Shown here piece after piece: positions 57,698 to 64,000 of a stretch of 64,000 bases of DNA. The notes beneath the pieces are model-generated. The model made no database searches, was not told where the DNA came from, and worked only from the letters and a program-made list of their open reading frames with translations. This DNA is from a virus. The stretch covers positions 129,839-193,838 of IMG/VR virus record IMGVR_UViG_3300027861_000011; one strand, written 5' to 3'. The position numbers were made by a program, and so were the translations under genes. How positions within the stretch are numbered: the stretch's first letter is position 1; every line of letters begins with the position of its first letter.

Positions 57698-58261
57698 ATG
57701 ACAAGACCAGTTAATATTATAGTAGCACAAGCTACCGATACAAGAGTAATAGGTAAAGAAGGTAAAATGCCATGGCACCTACCATCTGATTTGAAATACT
57801 TCAAGGCTAGGACTGAGAATCAAATTGTAATAATGGGTAGGAAGACTTATGAATCAATAGGTAAACCTTTACCAAATAGAATCAACATTGTTATTAGTAA
57901 TAATAAAGAGTTCAAGATAAAGATATCTAAAGACCCAAACCCTAATATAGCTGAGATATGGGTTGTTCCAGATTACGAGACAGCATTAAAGATGGCTAGT
58001 CCATTTATGGATAGAGAGATATTTGTTATTGGTGGTGGTCAAGTATACGAGAAAGCAATGAAAGGACCTATCCAATATCTGTACGTTACTTGGGTTAGTA
58101 ATAAAATGGGTGGTCTTATTAAAGGTGATATATTCTTTCCAGATATAGATTATGATATATTTAAAGCTATTGATACTTACGATAATACGAATGATAAGGA
58201 ATACGATTTAACTTTTATAACATACACACAAGATGGAGATAATAAAACAAATAACGACTAA
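57698..58261 (+). CDS. folA: dihydrofolate reductase
   Basis: IG..GKMPWHLPSDL.YF...IMGRKTYESIGKPLPNR.N...IGGGQVY. Confidence 0.95.
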   Translation: MTRPVNIIVAQATDTRVIGKEGKMPWHLPSDLKYFKARTENQIVIMGRKTYESIGKPLPNRINIVISNNKEFKIKISKDPNPNIAEIWVVPDYETALKMASPFMDREIFVIGGGQVYEKAMKGPIQYLYVTWVSNKMGGLIKGDIFFPDIDYDIFKAIDTYDNTNDKEYDLTFITYTQDGDNKTNND

Positions 58262-58430
58262 GAATATAGCCTTCAGCGTAATTGATAGTTGTGAGACTAT
58301 GGAACAATGTAATTCAGCAGAGAATTATGCGTACCTTTACTTCAATAAGTTCGAAGATATGATTGGTCTTGAAGAATTAAAAAGACACTTAAAAGAACAT
58401 AAGTTAATTCTATTAAACCACAATAAATAG
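58233..58430 (+). CDS. hypothetical protein
   Basis: 65-aa ORF overlapping folA end. Confidence 0.55.
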   Translation: MEIIKQITTKNIAFSVIDSCETMEQCNSAENYAYLYFNKFEDMIGLEELKRHLKEHKLILLNHNK

Positions 58431-58487
58431 AAATTTAATTTGGTTTCTACTTTATTTTTAGGTATATTTAAGTATATTTATTAGATA

Positions 58488-58853
58488 ATGACCAAAAGAA
58501 TAAAAAAGGTAACTACTGCAAAAAGGAAAACTACACCTAAAAAAGTAGCCACTAAGAAAACTCCAACTAAAAAAACCTTATCTAATAAATCCACAACCAC
58601 TTCAAAACCAATAAATAATAAGAAAAAGACTACAAAAAAACGCATTCCATCTGCTAAAAAAGTTGGATTAACTAATAAAAAAAAGATTGTAAAAGCTAAG
58701 AGAACGGCTCGTGAATATATAAGGGTAAGTGAGAAGTCCAAGAAGAGTAAGTTTAATGAGATGGGTGAAAAAGTGCAGAGGGGTGAGGTAAAATGGGCTT
58801 ATTATGCAATTGATGGTAATATAGGTTACCACCATTATTTAATTATAAAATAA
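58488..58853 (+). CDS. Lys/Thr-rich basic histone-like protein
   Basis: KK/TT-rich N-terminal 80 aa; TATTTATT at 58475. Confidence 0.65.
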   Translation: MTKRIKKVTTAKRKTTPKKVATKKTPTKKTLSNKSTTTSKPINNKKKTTKKRIPSAKKVGLTNKKKIVKAKRTAREYIRVSEKSKKSKFNEMGEKVQRGEVKWAYYAIDGNIGYHHYLIIK

Positions 58854-58855
58854 GT

Positions 58856-59446
58856 ATGAGTAGAGAAGATATTATAAAAAAATTAGATGAGATTTTTGCT
58901 AATAATAAAGCAAAAAGTTTCCTTAACCACTTAATTAGGTCTTATGTACCAAACAATAATGTAGATAAAATATTTATCAAACCAAAGGGTGATTTTAAAT
59001 GCGTTCTTACTAATGATAAATTAATTTCAGTTAATGAAATTCTTGAAGGTGTTACTACTGATGAGTTCAAGGATGATGTGTTTAGGTATCTTCATGTTAT
59101 GCTTAGTCCAGAAGAGAAAGCATCTACACCTATTCAGAACTTAATGAAGGGTAAAGACATAGCCATTCAAGGTGAGAATACTGATACCTTTATGTCGTTA
59201 GAAACTTATAAGGTTTTTTATGATTGGGTTATAACTAAATTATTAAGTGGTGATAAACACATATCATGGCTTATGGGTAATATTGATAGAAGTCAGTTTA
59301 CGAATAGTGTTAAGGGCATTAATAACCCAACAACTCAAAAAGCTATTAATAAGCAAGATAAAAAGGATATGGATAATCGAGCTACATATAGTCTTGGGGA
59401 CATGAGTGTTCTACAAGCATTAAAAGCTAAAATGGAAGGTAAGTAA
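58856..59446 (+). CDS. hypothetical protein
   Basis: 196-aa ORF; ends ATYSLGDMSVLQALK. Confidence 0.7.
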   Translation: MSREDIIKKLDEIFANNKAKSFLNHLIRSYVPNNNVDKIFIKPKGDFKCVLTNDKLISVNEILEGVTTDEFKDDVFRYLHVMLSPEEKASTPIQNLMKGKDIAIQGENTDTFMSLETYKVFYDWVITKLLSGDKHISWLMGNIDRSQFTNSVKGINNPTTQKAINKQDKKDMDNRATYSLGDMSVLQALKAKMEGK

Positions 59447-59725
59447 ACCGAAACACCATGAGTAAAACCACAGAAAAATTGAAAGAAATGTATTTAGAAT
59501 TAGTTGTAATTAATTTTAATCTAGATGACCCTTATTATTATTGTAATGATGATACTAAAAGAGATTTGAATAAAGTATTAATCCAAATGGAAGAGATATT
59601 TAATGAAGAAGATGAACAGTAAATTAACAAAGTGGGATAAGTCATGGATTGAATCCTTGATAATACTTAAGGAATGTGGTGTTGAGGTTGTATAGATAAA
59701 TATAAATAAATAAATAAAGTTAAAT

Positions 59726-59923
59726 ATGAGTAATTTAAAATCAGTAATCACAGTTGGTATGGCAAACGAAGGTGAGATGAACATAAAAGTAGATGTAATT
59801 AAGGGTTGGGAGCCTAAGAAGATATCCTATATGGGTGGTTCAGTATTTTTTGAAGTTGACGGTTCATTCGTTTCAATGAAGAGGTTAGAGTTTACTGAAA
59901 TCTTTGGGAATAGATACCTGTAA
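59726..59923 (+). CDS. hypothetical protein
   Basis: 65-aa ORF. Confidence 0.55.
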   Translation: MSNLKSVITVGMANEGEMNIKVDVIKGWEPKKISYMGGSVFFEVDGSFVSMKRLEFTEIFGNRYL

Positions 59924-60024
59924 ACTACCCAACTATTATTGTACTTTATAAAATAATTGGTTAATTATTTGGTAATGTGGATTATTTGTTCTATCTTTGT
60001 ATCGAACAAATAAAAAAAAATATT

Positions 60025-60507
60025 ATGAATTGGTTTAAAAGTATAAGTGATGGTAGAGGTGGTTTCGACTCCTACAATTGGAATGTTGGTGATATGGGAA
60101 TGGGTTTTGCTATTGGTGCATTACAAAATATCGCCACGGTATTACTATTCTCAATGTTATTACCAATATTTAATTTAATATTCTACCCAATTCAAAATGA
60201 CCAGGATAAGTTAGGTGGTGTAATAACTACAATATTAGCTAATATATATATTGTATTAGATTTTTCACAAGGGTGGATTTTAGATTTTGCCTTCACTGAT
60301 TCTGGAGATGAAAACCTACTTAAGGCTCAAAGTGTATTCTTGATATTTAATCTAGCTTTAGTGCCAATTAACATAATAATATTCTTTTTTAATGGTTTTG
60401 TGTCAAAGTTACCACCACCTATATTTTACGTGGTATGTATTACAACAACTTACTTTATCTGGTACCCATTAATGTCGGTAATTGTAAGTCAATTCTATGC
60501 GGCATAA
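60025..60507 (+). CDS. four-helix membrane protein
   Basis: Four hydrophobic segments; TATCTTTG upstream. Confidence 0.65.
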   Translation: MNWFKSISDGRGGFDSYNWNVGDMGMGFAIGALQNIATVLLFSMLLPIFNLIFYPIQNDQDKLGGVITTILANIYIVLDFSQGWILDFAFTDSGDENLLKAQSVFLIFNLALVPINIIIFFFNGFVSKLPPPIFYVVCITTTYFIWYPLMSVIVSQFYAA

Positions 60508-60573
60508 AAAATATAAAAATATAAAAATTAAAGATTTCTTGATTAACTAAAGTATTAATAGTATATTTGTAGT

Positions 60574-60921
60574 ATGAGTATTTTAAAATTTAAATTAAAA
60601 AAAACCCACCTAGATTTATTAAAACACGTAGAGTGGAAAGAAGTGACCGATACTAAAGATATTGTTACAAACGGTAACTCCTCACCTTTTGGTGGTCTTG
60701 ACCACTATGAGGATATGGGGGTGATACTATTCGGTATGCCAGAAGACTTCGACCCATTTGAGGGTAACCCATTTTTGTGGACTCCTGAACAGAAAGTGGA
60801 GATGGATGAATTATTAACTGAATTGCCATTAGCTTTAGAGATAGTACTTAGTACACAGACATTTACCCCTGGGAATTACAAAACACGTTATCACAACCGA
60901 GAGTGGAAAAAAATTAAATAA
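60574..60921 (+). CDS. hypothetical protein
   Basis: After TTG-N20-TATATTTG (60539-60569). Confidence 0.65.
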   Translation: MSILKFKLKKTHLDLLKHVEWKEVTDTKDIVTNGNSSPFGGLDHYEDMGVILFGMPEDFDPFEGNPFLWTPEQKVEMDELLTELPLALEIVLSTQTFTPGNYKTRYHNREWKKIK

Positions 60922-60925
60922 TAAT

Positions 60926-61486
60926 ATGTTAGATTTCGAGATAGTATGTGATGGTTGTATTCAAGGCGATAGAACACATCAAAAGTTAATTTACGAGAAG
61001 TTTTATTCATCTGTATATAGAATTTGTATAAAGTATTCTAAATCAAAACAACAGACAGAAGACCTAACCCAAGATATATTCATAAAGTTATTCGCTAATA
61101 TAAAAAAATTCAAAGGTTCTACTTATAACGAATTTAGTGGTTGGGCTAATAAATTATCTAATAATCACTGTATTGATGTTTTTAGGAAAAAAAAGATAGT
61201 AACCATTAGTGGTTCTGGTAGTTATAATGATGGTTTAAATATAGAGAATATTAGTGAAAATTACGATGAACATTTTAACGAAAATCTATATGATTTAGAC
61301 GATATTATTGTTGCGGTACAAGGGTTAAGTCCAAGATATAAAATGGTATTTAACATGTATGTCATGGATGGACTTACTCATCATGAGATTTCCGATAAAT
61401 TAGATATATCTGTCGGGTCTTCAAAATCAAATCTATTTAAGGCTAAGATTAAGTTAAGAGAAATATTAAGAAATATTAAGAAATAA
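60926..61486 (+). CDS. ECF-type sigma70 factor
   Basis: EDLTQDIFIK region 2; LSPRYKMVF...DGLTHHEISDKL.IS.GSSKSNLFKAK region 4. Confidence 0.92.
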   Translation: MLDFEIVCDGCIQGDRTHQKLIYEKFYSSVYRICIKYSKSKQQTEDLTQDIFIKLFANIKKFKGSTYNEFSGWANKLSNNHCIDVFRKKKIVTISGSGSYNDGLNIENISENYDEHFNENLYDLDDIIVAVQGLSPRYKMVFNMYVMDGLTHHEISDKLDISVGSSKSNLFKAKIKLREILRNIKK

Positions 61487-61555
61487 TAAGGTTGTGAGTT
61501 AAAATATATTATAGTATATTTGTAAAATAATAACGTTTTTATATAAAACAAGAAT

Positions 61556-63133
61556 ATGAAATTTAAAAAATTAACAGATAAAGAGATTAACAAGATAACC
61601 GAAATTTATACGGATAAAACAATATCTTGGGATGATAAAGAAAAAGCATTAAGTGATTATACTGGTGTTTCGTCTAGAACAGCAAGACGTTGGTGTGAAG
61701 ATTTAGGACTTACAAAACCAACTGAAATTATATCACCTCAATACGAGGAAGCAAAGAAAAAGAAGTTAGATAAGAAATCAAAAGTACTTATTATTGGTTG
61801 GGCTCAAAACGATACGCCAGTACATGAGGGTCTTATGGACCAAATGGAGGCTTACGCTAAGTTCCATGATGCTAGTATCCATATTATTGCTGGTAGGTAT
61901 AAGAACCCCACATCAATACATAGTGCTGAAGCAGATACATGGGCCAATAGAGTAATGCCCTACTTAGATGCCAATCGACACGATGTACACAAGTACATGT
62001 CTATTATGTCTGATGTAAAGATACAACCTACAGCTGTTCATCCATTATCTGGTATGAGAAGTATGTCCAAAGGTAATTCGTGTATCTATGGTCATCCAAA
62101 GGTTCATATGGAATCAATTCCAGTACTTGAAGGGCATGAACCAAAGATTATGCTTACAACTGGCGCAGTAACGGTAGATAATTATACTGATTCAAAGGCT
62201 GGTAAGAAAGGTGAGTTCTATCACACACTTGGGTTTGTTGTTGTTGAGATAAAGGATAAAGATAGATTCTTCGTTAGACAAGTAACAGCTACTGATGATG
62301 GTAGTTTTAATGACCTTTACTATAACGTTAAGGGCGGTAAGGTTAAGAAGAATAAGACAGTTGATAGTGCTGTATTAGGTGACATACATTACGGTCATCA
62401 TGACCAACCAGTACTTGATACAACATTCAATATATTACTAAAAAAATTAAAACCAAATAACCTTGTATTACATGATGTGTTCGATGGTCATTCGATATCT
62501 CACCATGAGGTTAAGAACCCATTTTCTCAATATAAAAAAGAGATGGATGGTAGTAATTCACTTAAGAAAGAAATAGATAACCTATTAGAATGGTTTGAAT
62601 CACTTAAGAAGATGAACTTTAATAATATTATAGTAGCTAGAGCTAATCATGATGATTTTATTGATAGGTGGCTCGTTGATACTGATTGGAGAAAAACAGT
62701 TACACCGAAGAATTCGCTAGAGTATATGGAGTATTCATTAGCCATCCTTAAAGGTGATGCTAATAACGGTATAATTCCTTGGATACTACATAATCACTCA
62801 CCAAAGGTAATGGCATTTGGTAGAAATGATAGTCATACATCACTAGGTTGGGAATTAGCTCAACACGGAGATAGAGGTACAAACGGTTCTAGAGGTTCAT
62901 TGGTTCAATTCCATAACTTAGCTACTAAGATTATAGTTGGTCACTATCACTCCCCAGGTAGAAAGGATGGTGCATTAGCAGTAGGTACATCAACCTTACT
63001 TAGACTACCTTATAACATTGGCCCTAGTAGTTGGATGCATGCACACGTAATAACACATCACGATGGTAAAGCACAACATGTATTCTTCCATCCAAATAAA
63101 GATGGTGTATCAGAATACACAACATTCAAATAA
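61556..63133 (+). CDS. N-terminal HTH plus calcineurin-like metallophosphoesterase
   Basis: GVSSRTARRW HTH; GDIH, HDVFDG, ANHD, QHGD, GHYH. Confidence 0.75.
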   Translation: MKFKKLTDKEINKITEIYTDKTISWDDKEKALSDYTGVSSRTARRWCEDLGLTKPTEIISPQYEEAKKKKLDKKSKVLIIGWAQNDTPVHEGLMDQMEAYAKFHDASIHIIAGRYKNPTSIHSAEADTWANRVMPYLDANRHDVHKYMSIMSDVKIQPTAVHPLSGMRSMSKGNSCIYGHPKVHMESIPVLEGHEPKIMLTTGAVTVDNYTDSKAGKKGEFYHTLGFVVVEIKDKDRFFVRQVTATDDGSFNDLYYNVKGGKVKKNKTVDSAVLGDIHYGHHDQPVLDTTFNILLKKLKPNNLVLHDVFDGHSISHHEVKNPFSQYKKEMDGSNSLKKEIDNLLEWFESLKKMNFNNIIVARANHDDFIDRWLVDTDWRKTVTPKNSLEYMEYSLAILKGDANNGIIPWILHNHSPKVMAFGRNDSHTSLGWELAQHGDRGTNGSRGSLVQFHNLATKIIVGHYHSPGRKDGALAVGTSTLLRLPYNIGPSSWMHAHVITHHDGKAQHVFFHPNKDGVSEYTTFK

Positions 63134-63154
63134 AACTATTAAACCAAAACAAAG

Positions 63155-63310
63155 ATGAAGATAAGCATACATAAAATATCATGTCAATTTTATATAACAC
63201 CATTTGTTAAAGTAACATATGATAAGGTACTTAACGGTGATTACGAATTGATAATAGGATGGTTCAATATTGGACTATCAATATCATATAAACCAAAACA
63301 AAGAAGATGA
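63155..63310 (+). CDS. 51-aa minigene, not in ORF track
   Basis: MKISIHKISCQFYITPF...; starts in repeat 1, stops in repeat 2. Confidence 0.6.
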   Translation: MKISIHKISCQFYITPFVKVTYDKVLNGDYELIIGWFNIGLSISYKPKQRR

Positions 63311-63537
63311 GTAAAGAAACACAACCACATTGGTATAAGATAAAAGGGATATGGTATCATTGTATCACCACAGAAAATGGAGATAGATATGTTAACGGAG
63401 AAAAACAAAACGTAGATGATTACTCATTTACACGAGTTTCTGTTGAAGAGAGACAAAGAGAGCGTAGTGATAAGTACGATTACTTAATTGGGGATGATGA
63501 TGACATAAAAATAAACCAAAACAAAGATGAGAATTGA
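63307..63537 (+). CDS. 76-aa minigene
   Basis: Starts in repeat 2, runs through repeat 3. Confidence 0.6.
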   Translation: MSKETQPHWYKIKGIWYHCITTENGDRYVNGEKQNVDDYSFTRVSVEERQRERSDKYDYLIGDDDDIKINQNKDEN

Positions 63538-63643
63538 ATGGTTAATTAATAAAACATACCAAGTTACTGATGGTTCTACCGTATGGTTTCAAGGTAGTTT
63601 ATCAGATTGTAAGTCATATTTAAACCAAAACGAAGATGATTAA
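63527..63643 (+). CDS. 38-aa minigene, not in ORF track
   Basis: MRIEWLINKTYQVTDG...; starts in repeat 3. Confidence 0.55.
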   Translation: MRIEWLINKTYQVTDGSTVWFQGSLSDCKSYLNQNEDD

Positions 63644-63887
63644 GAAAATATTAAAAAGATTTGGATATGTAAAACAAACCTCTTATAGGTTTTATATAAA
63701 AGATACTAATTGGATTCAAATAGTAGTATCACCAAAAGGAATATATAACAAAACAGTAGAGGGACATACACTACCAATAAGTGAACTTGCCATCTATGAA
63801 GGTGAATGTTTAAAACTAGAAGATACATATAACCCAGACAGAACTAAAGAAAGAGATTTACTTCACTGGTATAATATGGGGGATTGA
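63636..63887 (+). CDS. 83-aa minigene
   Basis: Starts in repeat 4. Confidence 0.6.
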   Translation: MIKKILKRFGYVKQTSYRFYIKDTNWIQIVVSPKGIYNKTVEGHTLPISELAIYEGECLKLEDTYNPDRTKERDLLHWYNMGD

Positions 63888-63907
63888 GAACTAATATAAA
63901 TAAGAAG

Positions 63908-64000
63908 ATGAAAAATGAATTAATAGAATTCCTTGATTGGTTATCAGAAGAAGGTATTTGTAGATGGTACTCCATAGAAAAAGAATATGGTGGTGAAGGA
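63908..64000 (+). CDS. 5' end of a gene truncated by the window edge
   Basis: AAGAAGATG then MKNELIEFLDWLSEE... open to the end. Confidence 0.55.
   Translation, partial: MKNELIEFLDWLSEEGICRWYSIEKEYGGEG

Larger units (their letters stand above)
63140..63638 (+). repeat. four copies of TAAACCAAAAC(A/G)AAG(AAG)ATG at gene junctions
   Basis: Copies start at 63140, 63289, 63512, 63621, each ending in a start codon. Confidence 0.85.

Noticed and set aside
1543-61593. Many listed ORFs antisense to or nested in long genes (e.g. 3456-4058, 14427-15098, 36417-37229, 58481-58741)
   Set aside because: Shadow frames of AT-rich genes: Ser/Leu/Ile/Phe-rich, no motifs or expression signals.
63140-63638. 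CRISPR array interpretation of the junction repeats
   Set aside because: Repeats are ~18 bp, spacers about 90-205 bp, unequal and coding; no cas genes seen.
1-64000. Stop-codon reassignment as in some large Bacteroidota phages
   Set aside because: Conserved genes are full length under the standard code, and TAG and TGA end genes at natural positions (e.g. 6354, 37635, 30738).
1-64000. Introns, inteins, reverse transcriptase/DGR, integrase or transposase
   Set aside because: No interrupted conserved genes, intein ends, RT motifs or recombinase seen.
1-64000. Eukaryotic giant virus or bacterial chromosome origin
   Set aside because: Bacterial sigma factors, promoters, terminators, tmRNA and endolysin together with dNMP kinase, gp46/47-like genes and dense small ORFs favour a large phage, although no capsid or terminase gene is here to prove it.

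Overview
Very AT-rich, gene-dense segment of a large (probably jumbo/T4-like) bacteriophage genome, almost all on the + strand, standard genetic code. The host is probably Bacteroidota/Flavobacteria, from TTG-N20-TAnnTTTG promoters, a Bacteroidota-type sigma70, a DUF3127-type SSB, an Hc1-like protein and a T9SS-like protein. It holds SbcD/SbcC, two sigma factors, a lysis region, prohead-core-like proteins, DnaJ, ClpP, an FKBP PPIase, tmRNA, tRNA-Ala, a CCA-adding enzyme, a Pth2-like protein, dNMP kinase, DHFR, PrsW and many small ORFs. No capsid, terminase, polymerase, CRISPR array or reverse transcriptase is visible. Main leads: (1) about 16 proteins with short N-terminal leaders ending in (I/L)-x-E, many behind a TATTTATA motif, fused to unrelated enzymes, suggesting a capsid-addressed injected enzyme set; (2) a Ro60/TROVE-vWA-like gene followed by a structured RNA motif that recurs with compensatory changes at the head of the tRNA transcript; (3) a 50-nt CCA-ending mini-tRNA abutting tRNA-Ala; (4) a tmRNA with a 26-aa acidic tag and a switch-like trailer; (5) a repeat-joined minigene array at the right end. 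All family calls are from motif recognition by eye; no database searches were run.
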